64,000 bases of DNA from Harriotta raleighana. Taxonomy: Eukaryota. The position numbers and the translations under genes are program-made. The stretch lies in the NCBI GenBank assembly GCA_050575255.1, contig JBNZDD010013679.1, forward strand, positions 350,444 through 414,443. Reading direction: 5' to 3'. Position 1 is the first letter of the stretch. Each line of letters opens with the position of its first letter. The notes beneath the pieces were generated by a model. It worked only from the letters and a program-made list of their open reading frames with translations, was not told the DNA's origin and did no database searches. This document shows, piece by piece, positions 50,178 through 62,544 of this stretch.

Positions 50178-50704
50178 TCCTGTAGCATATTGGTTAAGGG
50201 ACTGGACTTGCAAGCAAGAGAACCTTGCATTTGATATAGTGCTTTTTCACATCTTCTAGATGTCTCAAAGCACTTCACAGAATATACTGTAAAGTGAATT
50301 AACTGTATATTTGTGGGCGAAACGCAGCATCCAATTGTGCACAGCGCTGTTCCACAAACAGTCGTCAATTGAAATGACCAATCAACCTGGGCTTGATCCC
50401 TGGATGGGGCAAAACCGTAAGCAAGTTTCCTTACTCCACACTTCTCTGTTAACCCAGCAATAAGTAGGAAGAAGGTAGTCGATTGGCAGATCACTTTTCT
50501 AAGGGTAATAATCCCTTCAAAAACCATAATACAGTAATTTGAACCTAAAATTTTTGTTTGTGGATACTGCTGTGCGCAATTGGCTGCCACATTTCGCCCA
50601 CAAATTATACAATCAATTCACTTTATATTATATTCCTGTGAAGCGCTTTCTGACATCTTGAAGATGCCATAAAGTGCTACATCAGTGTACGACTTCTTAT
50701 TACT
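50178..50704 (+). mobile_element. Long-variant SINE split by an antisense SINE
   Basis: The head tcctgtagcatattggttaagggactggacttgcaagcaagag resumes at 50384 as aacctgggcttgatccc. Confidence 0.82.
50221..50383 (-). mobile_element. 5'-truncated SINE nested in a SINE head
   Basis: Consensus tail and body; AACCT at both junctions (50221-25, 50384-88). Confidence 0.88.
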
Positions 50705-51111
50705 GTACATTATATATTTTTGAAGGGATTTCTACCCCCAGAAAGCAATACTGACAACCGGGTTAGTGCTAGATAAAGAGTAAGTAGGAACCTGAGAAAT
50801 ATAACACCTTATCATGTGTTACACAACACATACACAAGAATGGTGTGAAGCTAGAGTTACATTGATTTACCAAGTGTGTTTAATGGTCAGGCAGCCATTG
50901 GAAAAATGGCGAGCACCATTATTGTAGGAAGCACTGAAACTTTTAGCATTCTTCACACTTGAATCTTGATTTCTCAGTGTTGACAGGCACTGGCATGATA
51001 CTTTCACACACTCAGCACTTTTTAAGATATGTGTTCACTATCTTCCACAATAGCTGTAGGGTAAAGCAATTATGAATTGTGTTCCCCTGTGTAAGATCTT
51101 TAACTGTCATA

Positions 51112-51351
51112 TTTTATCCACAAAATACAGTCAATCCACTTTACAGTATATCACGTGAATCGCTTTGAGACATCTCAACAATGTGATATGGCGCTATATC
51201 AAATGAAAGTATTATCATTATCATTATATATGTTTCACCCACAAATATACAGTCAATTCACTTTACAGTATATTCTGTGAAGAACTTTGAGACGTCTAGA
51301 AGACATGAAAAGGGCTCTATCAAATTCAAGGATTATTATTATTATTATTAC
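51112..51351 (+). mobile_element. Two tandem tRNA-SINE 3' fragments
   Basis: cacaaa(a)tacagtcaa...gctatatcaaat...(att)n occurs twice (51112-51225 and 51231-51351). Confidence 0.85.
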
Positions 51352-51998
51352 CAATGACGAGCATCCTCTACTGCTGTTGCGACCATCTCTTAGTGACATT
51401 GGCAGAGAATCGCTCAAGCATCTCTCTCCCTAAACAGGATAAGTGTGCAGAAAGGGTACCACTTGCATTTTTCTTTCAGTGGGTGAAAAGGTTGTGGAAG
51501 AATACAATAAAAATGAGTATTTTTGAGAAAATCTGAGAATGCCCCCCTCCACCCACCGAACTCTACCCCTATCTCTCACCCAGCCAGGTGACACCCTCCA
51601 CTTCTCCCAGGTGAGAATTGGCAAAAGCTCCACACACACACATGGTCGGCAGATGCGAGCAGCAAGCAGCCTTGGGGTTTGACCACAGTTGTGTAAGATG
51701 AGTGGTTGGATCGCCTCAGCAAGCCTCTGGGAGAAAGGAGACGTGGTTTGAATTAGGTATCCTTGCCGACGTAGACACAATGGAAACCAACTATAGAAAA
51801 CAGAGCAGCTTTGCCTTGCCATTGGCAGGTATGGGGGAAACAGAGCCTCTTAAAGGTTCAGTGTGCTGCTGGGGTCAGACATTCTTTTTGGGGAGGAACC
51901 ATTCTACTCTTTCTTCCAAACATATTTATTTAAAAAAAACTTTTAATTAAACAAGCCTCCTCTACCCTTGGTTTAATCCGTAATGGGGAAAGAACAGA

Positions 51999-52358
51999 GT
52001 CCTGTAGCGAATTGGTCCGAGCACTCTTCTTGCAAGCGACAGGACCCAGGTTCAATTCCCTGACTGGAGGAAACTTTAGGCATGTTTCGTTACTCCACAT
52101 GCCTGTTTAGCTAAAACTAGTAGGAACCCAGTTGATTGGCAGGTAATAATCCCTCAAAAAAAATTGGGGTCACTCAATCCATGACTGTTTGTGGTACACC
52201 ACTGTGTGCAATTGACCGCCACACAAGGTATATAGTGATTTCACCCACAAGCTATACAGCGAATTCACTTTACAGCATATTCTGTGGAGCACTTTGAGAC
52301 GTCTTGCTGATGTGGTAAGGCACTATATCAAATGCAAGGATTATTATTATTACTACTA
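51999..52358 (+). mobile_element. Full-length tRNA-SINE, long-type
   Basis: gtcctgtagcgaattggtccgagcactcttcttgcaagcgacaggacccaggttcaattccc head; agtaggaaccc segment; consensus tail. Confidence 0.88.
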
Positions 52359-54048
52359 CAATCCAGTCCAAAAGATTTTTTTTAAAGTTGCAATTGATAA
52401 AGCCTAAAGAGATACCCAGTTTGAATACAAAGTGAATGGCTATTCTAATAGGCAATTCATGCAGCATTTAATCATCCAACAACCACCCATCTTTCTTTAC
52501 ACTGCTCTCCCATACACTCCTTTATATTGCACCAACCTTATCCCATGAGCTACTCTGATATTAGAGCTTACTATAGCTGCCATGGCCTTAATATGTCAGG
52601 AGCTCTTCCTTCATTCAATTAATTAAATGAGTCAAATGTAGATGTTGTACTACTTTGGGTGGGAGGTGGGGGGGAGTGGGGTGGAGTTTGGAGGGGAGGG
52701 GAAGAAAGAAAGGACTGGAAATTCCCGACTAAGAGCTAAGATGTTTGGGTGCATCACATGCAGATGTGAGGTACTGTATTTCAATAAATAGCTCCATTGT
52801 GCAGCCCATCTTCTCAATAGCTCTCAGTGCTCCCTTGAGGGACAGCCACTCCAGCTGAGCTTGGAACCTTGCACAAGTCAGGAAAAGTACATCTCCTGAG
52901 CAAAGGAAGCATAATGTTCTACAAGGACAAAACATTAGTGAAAATGTCACTCAGGCCCAAGTTCCACATGTTGGCTGCCACGGCTTCTTCCTCCCAGCGT
53001 ACCCCATTGATATGATTTCCATCTGCTCGCCAGACAAGTGACAGTGAAGAAATACTGGCATCTGTTCTCCATTGCTCTCAGCTTTTGTTCCCTGTTAAGC
53101 CATAGCTAGAAACATATGAGGGTCTGAAAAGGCCTCACTGGCACAAATCAGACTTTCTCATGTTTTTCACACTTCACAACTGATTAAACTGTTCTTTTTA
53201 AAAAAAACAAGGGGGAAAATAACAAAGTCAATTTTGTGACTCAAAACCACGTCTCCCTGGCAGGCTTTGCCGCAAAATTGGGCAAAATAAACATGTTTGA
53301 ACTCATAATACTAGAGACAATAATGTAATTTTTTGCAACACTATTCAGATGTTTTATGAAGCCATTATTAAAATGGTTGTCACTTGTTGTGTAACAACTT
53401 TACTGCTGCATTCCAGATCATTGATTAAAGACAACTGGAGACATAGGGAGCAGTGGATGAATATATGTTTTAACATTTTAATACCCAGAAGTGACTAAAC
53501 ATGGTTATAGGCTGCAAGCAGACATTCTGGAAAAGGTCAGGAGGTAACGGGTTAACTAATTTTGCTTTGGTCACTTTTTGAGGAGCGGAGAGGAGGTACC
53601 TTTCAGAGCGAGATTGTGCATACTGTACTTATTAAAGGGTCACTAACTGGGTATGAATGAAATTCATACTCTGCCAATTTATAATTAAACTGATCTGAAA
53701 ACGATAGCAGAGGTTGCCTGTCTTAAATTGATAACCATGCAGCCATGTATGTGTCTAACTAGGACCACCCTATCTGTTGGTGCTTTGGCTCATATGGTTT
53801 AGAACATGTCCGTACCTCTCCGCTTGGCCAGGATTCCTGCAGTATTGTCGAGCTTTGCCAGGCATATCTCCTCAGAGCCAGTTCTGCCCCAGGTCCTTTT
53901 TTTTTTAAACAGTGTACTGTAGTTGGAACCAAAGATAACTTAATCAATCTCACACGGGCACACTCATTTACTCCAGCAGAATACTGTGGGCAAGTAACCA
54001 TAGAAGATATAATTTATCTTTACCTGCAAACCAATTGAGTTATGATAA

Positions 54049-54382
54049 AAATAATTATTGCATTTGACAGAGCACCTGATCACGTCTTCAAAACATCCAA
54101 AGTGCTTCACAGCATACAATGCAAACTGTAGCGACTGTGTATTTTGGGGTGAAATGCGACAGCTGTTTGCGCACAGTGACGTGCCACAAACAATCATGGA
54201 TTGATTGATCACATTATATTTATTATTTTTGCAAAAGGGATTATTACCCCTGGAAAGTGATCCACCAACAGACTAAGAGCAGGTTCCTACTTACTGTTTT
54301 GTAAACAGGGGGATGTATGTGAACTAAGGAAACTCTCCTAAGATTTCACCCTGCTCAAGAATCAAACCTGGGCTTTTTCGCC
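54049..54382 (-). mobile_element. Older long-variant tRNA-SINE
   Basis: Tail ttgcatttgacagagcacc; ggttcctacttactg segment; aaggaaactctcctaagatttcaccctg. Confidence 0.8.
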
Positions 54383-54707
54383 TTTTACTTCATATGATTT
54401 CCCTCTTTATGAAGCTTTCAAATATTTTGTCCTCTTCTCTACTAAACATCATCTCCACCCATGAGGGCAAGAGGCAAAAGGTCCCAGAAATCTGCAGTGC
54501 TTTTCTGTAGCCAGCAGTTAGGTTTTATGCAAAAACAGCAGTGGATAAACCTTTTTCACATTTTCCCTGATACTCTCTGTCCTCTGCTTAGGGCAGCCTA
54601 AGGCCAATGGCCTCAACAGGAAATGCACTGGCATGGGAAGTGCAGATACCTGCTGGGGCATCACCAGAGGTGTTTTTAACGTTGGTGCTATCGGTGCAAC
54701 GCATCGA

Positions 54708-55361
54708 CGGTCCCCTCATATTGCGAGTCCCCTCATATTGCGAGTCCCCTCATATTGCGAGTCCCCTCATATTGCGAGTCCCCTCATATTGCGAGTCCCC
54801 TCATATTGCGGCTCCCCTCATATTGCGAGTCCCCTCATATTGCGAGTCCCCTCATATTGCGAGTCCCCTCATATTGCGAGTCCCCTCATATTGCGAGTCC
54901 CCTCATATTGCGAGTCCCCTCATATTGCGAGTCCCCTCATATTGCGAGTCCCCTCATATTGCGAGTCCCCTCATATTGCGAGTCCCCTCATATTGCGAGT
55001 CCCCTCATATTGCGAGTCCCCTCATATTGCGAGTCCCCTCATATTGCGAGTCCCCTCATATTGCGAGTCCCCTCATATTGCGAGTCCCCTCATATTGCGA
55101 GTCCCCTCATATTGCGAGTCCCCTCATATTGCGAGTCCCCTCATATTGCGAGTCCCCTCATATTGCGAGTCCCCTCATATTGCGAGTCCCCTCATATTGC
55201 GAGTCCCCTCATATTGCGAGTCCCCTCATATTGCGAGTCCCCTCATATTGCGAGTCCCCTCATATTGCGAGTCCCCTCATATTGCGAGTCCCCTCATATT
55301 GCGAGTCCCCTCATATTGCGAGTCCCCTCATATTGCGGCTCCCCTCATATTGCGGGCCCCC
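54708..55361. repeat. 17-bp minisatellite (GAGTCCCCTCATATTGC), about 38 units
   Basis: Directly adjacent near-identical units; only two variant units (GGCTCCCC at about 54810 and 55337); no spacers. Confidence 0.98.
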
Positions 55362-55379
55362 AAAATAATGCAAAAAATC

Positions 55380-55650
55380 AGCAAAATGGGAGGATTTGAG
55401 TGTGCTGTGCTCTTTTCTTTTGTTAAATATAGCGAAAACCAGAGCTCTCTCCCCAGCCTGGTGGAGCAGGCGGTCCGCCTGAAGAGACATCATACCCTCC
55501 GAAAGTTAATTTTTGCATAAAATAAAAGTGCTCATGCACACTTATTAAACTTACCGTCAATGATGGGCCCCCTAAGAAAATTGCAGCCAGTAGTTTGAAT
55601 TCTTAAAACCGCCTCTGGGTATCATCATTCCGTTACAACGAGGCTTTGAA
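55380..55650 (+). mobile_element. Tigger-like MITE interior, same family as 1369-1795
   Basis: tttgagtgtgctgtgctctt...atagcgaaaaccagagctct...gagcaggcggtc...aaagttaat aligns to 1455-1690; Tigger-like subterminal ccgttacaacgagg at about 55630. Confidence 0.8.
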
Positions 55651-55999
55651 GCTCTCAGAGAGCAGTGCTACCATTCCCTACATTGTGTCAAAATCTGCTT
55701 GCTGTTCACTTTGATGCTCTAAAGATGATTGTAGTCAAGCCCCATCCTGTCCTCACCCACCCTAGTGAGGGGAGTTTTACCAAGACAACAACAATTCCCT
55801 CCTGGATAAAAATTGGTCTTTCACTTGGCTTTGTGGTAGCCTGCAGGACATTGTTGGCCCAAATTGGCTGCCACATTTGCCATCAAATAAATTCATTATA
55901 CTGGCACTGCATGAAATTCAATGATTTTTTTATTTTTAGCGTTTGGACATGCAGCGGGTGGTTGTGGTGGTGGGGGTTGGCGGTCAGTGTACTATGGTC

Positions 56000-56191
56000 A
56001 GGAATGGGAGCCCCGGCCGGTTTTAGCCTTCCCTAGCCCAAGGCATTAAAGCTAATTGCAGCACCCCCAACTGCTGGTCCAAATCATATCAGCAAATTCA
56101 GCACAGATGAGGGATCAAACCGGTGATTGTCCGGGTCTGTGCAGTTCTGTTTCATACTGGGCAGCATCCTTATCAACTGAGCTACTGGGAT
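56000..56191 (-). mobile_element. Different old tRNA-headed SINE, 5' part
   Basis: rc tcccagtagctcagttgataagg...ccggtttgatccc...tgctgcaattagctttaatgccttgggctagggaagg. Similar decayed pieces at about 30880-31400 and 25780-25830. Confidence 0.55.
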
Positions 56192-57523
56192 AGAATCACA
56201 TACTGTCTGAAGAACTTACCTGCAGCACATCATTTGCCATTCTGTGTGTAGATACAGGGCCAATTAGTCTGGGAACCAGTGTGACTTTCACAAATGTGTA
56301 CTTTGCTAGTAATATTCATAGTATTTTTTAGTTAATACACAATGCTCAGAGCTTCCTTCTGGCTGATCCCAAGTAAAATAGGTTATGTTACTCGGAGTAT
56401 AAAATTAGTTGCAGTTGGAACGTGTTGGAATGAATGAAAGACTTGCCTTGCAACTTACACTAACTTAAACTGGTGCATCAAAAATACTCACCAGCTCTCA
56501 GTCTGGTTTGGATACTCATGAACATGGTGCAGATTTTCTGCAAGTGTTAAACACTCCGCTGACCAAATTACAATTCCACAACAAAAATTAGGACCTTGCC
56601 ACCGTACAAAATTAATCAGTGGAAAGGTCAATGGCAGAACAATTGGTGCCAAGATATTAAGAGGGCGAAATTGGCAAATGAACGAAAGGTCATCTTATAT
56701 AGAAAGTTGGGGAATTAAATGTAGTTATTTCCAGAAGAATTCCTTAATAAGGAAACTAAGATTATTCTCAAGCTTGGGAGCGGAGTGATGTATTTGTTTC
56801 CTTATTATGGATCCACTCGAAATCATCGCATGTTAGACGCATGCGATGCATACTTTCAGAAATGTAATTCGGAACACATGAAAACCTTTAGCTTGTCGAA
56901 TCTGATTGTGAAATGTCTTTGCCATACCGTAACTGTAGTTACTAATTGTACCACTTCCGGAAACAATGCCAACAGCAATGTCTCTAAACAATAACAGTCA
57001 TGCAACAAAGAAACTTTAACATCAAACAATGCCGTGGTATACATTTCAGGCACAAAGGTGCTTGGATTTGTGCACATGAATCACCAAAACTTATTGGCAG
57101 GCGCTGTCTCTGTAAATCAGGCTCAGCACTTTTCTGACTGTCTTCCAGCGCATCCGAATGTGCACTGGGACAGTCCCTGAAAAGGAAGTTTGGGACCAGT
57201 TCAAGGGTCACACTGGTGTGCATGAATATCCCACCAAATAGCTCAAATTTGGCAGAGAACCCACTGAGTTAATAACTGTTCAGTGGCTGAAATTTAACCT
57301 CCCTCGATGTGTGCCAAACCATGTCCAGGCTATATTAGCTGTATTAGAAGCAGGACAGTGGAGTTCTGATACAAAGCAATTACAGTTCATGAAAACCAGG
57401 AGGTTCAAAAGATGCAGCTGCCAGAGTGAGTCAGTTACTGAAGGAGCTTGTATATGAGCATCAATAGCAGAGCAGAGAGAGCTTTGCTGAGAATGACAAC
57501 TGATGGGCTGAATCGCCGGGGAG

Positions 57524-57679
57524 NNNNNNNNNNNNNNNNNNNNNNNNNNNNNNNNNNNNNNNNNNNNNNNNNNNNNNNNNNNNNNNNNNNNNNNNNNNNN
57601 NNNNNNNNNNNNNNNNNNNNNNNNNNNNNNNNNNNNNNNNNNNNNNNNNNNNNNNNNNNNNNNNNNNNNNNNNNNNNNN
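57524..57679. other. Assembly gap, 156 N
   Basis: Run of N. Confidence 0.99.
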
Positions 57680-58229
57680 GCAAAAACAACTGCCTGTCAC
57701 CAAAATGCAATGTTCCGCTACAAATTAAAGGTGGGGGGGAGGGGGAAATGGGGGTTGAGATGAGCTACAGAAATCAAGCCCTTCTAAGCAAAGCAATTTC
57801 ATCTATGAACTGCAGTGGAAAGGTGAGGAGCTCAAATACCTCAACTGCTGAAAATATTGGAAAAAATATATTTGTAAAGATCGTCCAATTATGTTAGAAC
57901 AGTGGACACATCACTGCACCAAGAACAAGAAATTTGTTCTTATTTGATCCAAGTAAAACTTTGTGCTTTTTCCTTTTGTTCTCCTGTCCAAACTAAAGTT
58001 ACTTAAAATTAGGATATAAGTCAGGTGTGACAAGTTTTTTCCAAAACAGATTTTCACATTTGCTTCTTAAATCACGTCACCCTGTTTTTTAAACCTGCAC
58101 ATAGGTCAAAGAGGAATCAGAGAATCCAATCTGAGAGGTAAAAGATGCTGGATCAAATCAAGACATGATTTGCTTTTTTTGGGGTCCATTTAGGTTCACA
58201 GCAGTCCAAGTGCATGCACGGGAGCTAAG

Positions 58230-58531
58230 TTTATATATGTGTATGTTTGTGTTGTGTAACATGCAGAAGGATGGTGTTTGTGTATATTGTGAGGTGCTCT
58301 GGGATGCTATCCTGTGTGAGGGGAACTATATAAATGGAAGTTATTTGTAGGGTGCATTCGCGGTGGTGGAGTGGGGGGTGGGGGCGTGATATTTATGTAT
58401 ATGTAAGGTACATGAGGAATGTGGTGCTGTGTATTTGTAGGTTGCATGCGTGGGGTGGGGGCTTGTGTATATGGGGGACATATTTGTGTATGTGTAGGGT
58501 GCATGGGGGGGTGGGGATGTGGTGTCTGTGT

Positions 58532-58563
<32 letters not shown>

Positions 58564-58565
58564 GG
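58230..58565. repeat. TG/G-rich low-complexity tract ending in (TA)n
   Basis: Recurrent tgtagggtgcat-like motifs; (TA)n at 58531-58563. Confidence 0.8.
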
Positions 58566-61254
58566 TGGTTGGGTATACTCTAAACAAAGCAGAGAGAGAC
58601 AGAATGAGAGAAATTCAATAGGAATTCAAGCAATGCCACCCCGCCTAAATAAGAAGTCAACAATAAGATGGAAGCAAACCGCACAAGATCCCAGTCGTAA
58701 TCAAAAATCATACACTTCAGAACAGAAGGACTGGCAAAATCAAGCATAGCTGTTTCAAACTAAAGTTTCCGCAACACAAAAAGAAGAGTTGTAACATTTT
58801 TACAAGCTAATATTATACTTTTTTTTAAAAGGAAAGGGAAGCTGAACAGCAGCATGTTCGGCAGGGAGTTCTTAGAATTTGAATAAATGTTTAAAAACTG
58901 ACAAATTCAGGAGCTGAATTAAAATAGTTCTTATCCCTGGGAGTGGATTAAAACAGAAGAGCGCAGAGCATCCCTTTTTGCAAATGTAAATGATTAACTT
59001 TAGATGTCAATTGTTAGATCTTCAGAAATGAATGAACAAACGTTACATTCAGTGTATTAGAAGGTGCTTGGATTTAACGGTTATCCATAATTCAGATTCT
59101 TCAATAAAACATCAGTCGTTGGCGATACTTCTTATTCTCTTTGACACACAGGGACAGGGGATAGGACAGGGTAAGTTTGTTATGTATTATGTTATGTTAT
59201 GCAGCACTCATGTGGCCAGGATAAGCACACTATTTTCATAAGTGCACTGTTTGTGCAAAGTGTATGGCCGTGCACTTGTCACCACAGATACTCCCCCTCC
59301 CCACCCACCCCCCCCACTCCCACCCCTGCAGCATCACTACTCTGCAGCAGATTTCTTTTCACATTTTTTCTCCCCGAAGGACAATTGCACAAATGGGATT
59401 TGAATACCTCATTACTGTGCTGAACTGGCCACAGTTGAAGGCCTGTCATTTGTACCCTGATGTCAGTGCTCCAAAGGTTAACCTGCACATTGCAGCAATC
59501 TGAAGATACTCCTTTGTTCCCAGATTAAACAGAATTCAGCGTCCCGCCCTATCTCTCCTGCTAAGCCAATGCAAATGCAAACAGCATCCCTCCACTTTCT
59601 TCAACATTTTCTGGATCTATCTCTTCAAATCGATGTGACGCTATCTGTATAATTTGGAGCTTTTGATTGGATATATTATATATATGCGCGTTGTGTTATA
59701 CTACAGTATATATTTCCATCTGGCTTATCGTCACTTTCACCAGACATAGCCTTATTTATGCGAATCCAGCAAGTGACCAGCTTGTAAAAGCCAGGGCAGC
59801 CCATAGGCGCCAAACCTGTAAACCACCAGCGTCCGTCTTATCAAATGGGCGGAACATGCGAGTGTCTGCAATCCCCTCTCTGGCACATTCCTGTGGGACC
59901 TCATTACTCACTAACAATCCATTGAGTTTCAAGTATCCCAACTGGGAAGCCCTCCAAACAATACACAGGGATCACAAACATTCCGCTGCACAACATAGGA
60001 TCCCATTCAGCGACTCTTATCTAACAATTAGTGGGTTTATAAAAGGGGGATATTTTGAAACAAATCATAGTATCTAAATAGTTAAAAGCATAGTAAATTG
60101 CTTTGTAAAATTCGAAAAGTATATTGATGATTCCTTTTGGCCCGAAGACAGCCACAGCTGTTATATCAGTTAGAGCAGCATAAGAGAGACATGATTCCTT
60201 CCAGCACTCAGTTAACATTTTTTTTAAGTAGAGACATAGATAAAGAACAAAAAACGTGTCCATAAAAGTACAAAATATGTTTTGATTTGGTGCTCAAACT
60301 TAAAAACAAAATTGGACCCCTAACCAAATGTCCACAATTTTTGTTCTGCAAATTTGCGAAAACTGCTTTTGAACTGGGTTCTTAGTAACCCAGCAAATTA
60401 GTACTACTTTGTCCCCTCACATCTGAGACCTATTTTCAAATACTGCTGAGGGTGATGAGGGGTGAACATTTCCTCTCTCTTCTGATTGACTGTAAAGAGT
60501 TTTAACAAAATGCCTCTGAGCCAGATTGAAGCCAGTTCCAAAAAGTGTTGGTCCTCTGCAAACTGGTAATACACAGTCTGGTGCCTTGACTGACACAGGC
60601 CACAAGAATGACTGGTGTGGGAATCGGAAATGTAGCGTGTAAAAAAAAACTGTTTGCATTTCACCTTTCAAATTTTTTTTTGTTGGGAGTAATTATTCAG
60701 TGAAAATAAATAAACTTTCATTTTCATGATCTCCTTGCAGAGGTTATGTTGCACCTGGTAGTGTGTGGCGCAGACACACTATGAGAAAATTTGCCCAATA
60801 GTTAGTTCAGTTCCTAGACTGAATACACCCAGGTGTCAATTTTTTTTAAAAATACTAAAAAATGAAATCACTATTAACTATGAATAAAGAAGCCCACTTA
60901 ATTATCCACAAAATGATGATAAAATAATTAATCACCAAAAAATTCAAAACACTTGCATTCCCCAAATGTCTCAGTTTTAAATTAAGTTTTGTTTAAAAAA
61001 TGATTTTAATCGTTATAGGTTTTGCTTTTATCATACAATGATTGACAAGTTTTCACCGCAGGGTAGAACAGGTTTACGACAGCAAGTAAAGTTTTCTATC
61101 TCTCCAAACTGGAATAGAACATTTGCAATCTTGCACACTAATGTTCTGATATTCTGCATTGTCGCATAGGAAGGTATGAAATTGTGTCTGCAGATCTCAG
61201 CACAATGAGTTCAGGAGGAAAAAGGAACGCAGTGTGTCCTGCCTGTGTTGGTAG

Positions 61255-61420
61255 CCCTCGTGTTTCTGGGTCCGAAGGTTGTGGATTCAAGCTCCATGTG
61301 AAACCATTGAACTCACAACCCAAAGACTGAAAATTCCAATACAGTGCTGTGGGGCGCACTGTTGTGTTGGAGGAACCATCCTTCAGATGAGACATTAAAC
61401 CAAGGTCCCACCTGGCTGTT
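61255..61420 (+). mobile_element. DeuSINE (SacSINE1-like) 5' part with Deu domain
   Basis: ctgggtccgaaggttgtggattcaagc...ccaatacagtgctgtggggcgcactgttgtgttggaggaaccatccttcagatgagacattaaaccaaggtccc resembles the Deu-domain consensus as I recall it. Confidence 0.7.
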
Positions 61421-61424
61421 ATAT

Positions 61425-61553
61425 TATAATAATAATAATCTTTGCATTTGATATAGCGCTTTTCACATCTTTCCGACGTCTCAAAGCGCTTCACAGAATA
61501 TACTGTGATGTGAATTGACTGTAGATTTGTGGGCAAAAAGCGGCAGCCAATTG
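61425..61553 (-). mobile_element. tRNA-SINE 3' fragment
   Basis: Consensus tail up to gcggcagccaattg, where it stops abruptly. Confidence 0.9.
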
Positions 61554-61835
61554 AGGCCGAAGCGTTGTTCTATTTACCCAGATGCATTGCGCACGGTGCT
61601 TCGGCTTTAGTCGGGATCTGCCGGCCTCGTCAAAAATGCGTGGGACCAGCCAGCCGAGGAATCATCGGATTTAGTCGGGAGCTATCAGCGTCTTCACCCG
61701 TGCGCATGTGCGTGGGGGACCAGCCAGCACGTAAACACAAGTTTTACATGCGCTGCACAAAAAAGTGATGCTTTTGTTTCGTCGCGTGTACTTGAATTCG
61801 CAATCAATAAAGTCGCCTTCGACGAGGGTTAACTG
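61554..61835 (+). mobile_element. Right end of a Tigger-like element, family of 13685-14356
   Basis: ccgaggaatcatcggatttagtcgggagct subrepeat; ends cgacgagggttaactg-TA. Confidence 0.8.
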
Positions 61836-62544
61836 TAGTATTTTTTGAGATACTTATTTTGCTGAGTAATATTGATTTCTGTAATAACACCAGAGAATGC
61901 AGCTTTAACTGATTATAATACATATCAAATATTTTACAATGAAAGAGGAATTGACTGGATAATGAATTGAATTTGCCCAACTGTATGATATGAATACAAG
62001 TCTAATCACACACGTTACACAGTTCTTTTCTGCAGCATGTTACTGAGGCATTAGTCAAACGATCACAGCAAAGAGAACATTTCATTAACAGTCGTTCTAG
62101 AATAAACTGTCAAATACCAACTTTCTTATATTTTTGAATGTCGTGCACAATACATGTGCAGTGCTTGAGAGGATTCAAACAGAAGCCACCCAAAAAAACA
62201 TAGAATATTAAAAATAACATAGAATATCGAACATAAAATAAAAATACATTGAATATTCAGGGAAAATGTAAGAGGTCAGAGAGAATGACACATAAAGCAC
62301 CTGGAAATGATTACAAAGCAATAATCAGATCGAGGGGTTCAGGCAACTTTCACCCAAACCCAGACATGATCAGAATGCCCATTAATATTGTTTTGTAATT
62401 ATATGTTACAAAGATTATTTTTTTGTTACTGAGCCCAATCTCTGTTGGGAGTGATTGTCAGTTCTGACGCTAACCAATAGCAGGTTCTAGGTTTTTGTTA
62501 CATTACGACTTTCACACTAATATCACAAGGAGTTACAGGACCTG

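Noticed and set aside
54708-55361. CRISPR-like array
   Set aside because: Units are directly adjacent with no unique spacers, there are no cas genes, and the context is vertebrate.
54607-55520. Three long ORFs (214-295 aa) with a LRVPSYCESPHIASPLI repeat
   Set aside because: They arise from a stop-free 17-bp tandem unit read in all frames. The flanks are transposon sequence and there is no synonymous variation.
57435-57897. ORFs spanning 57.4-57.9 kb
   Set aside because: They are open only because of the 156-N gap.
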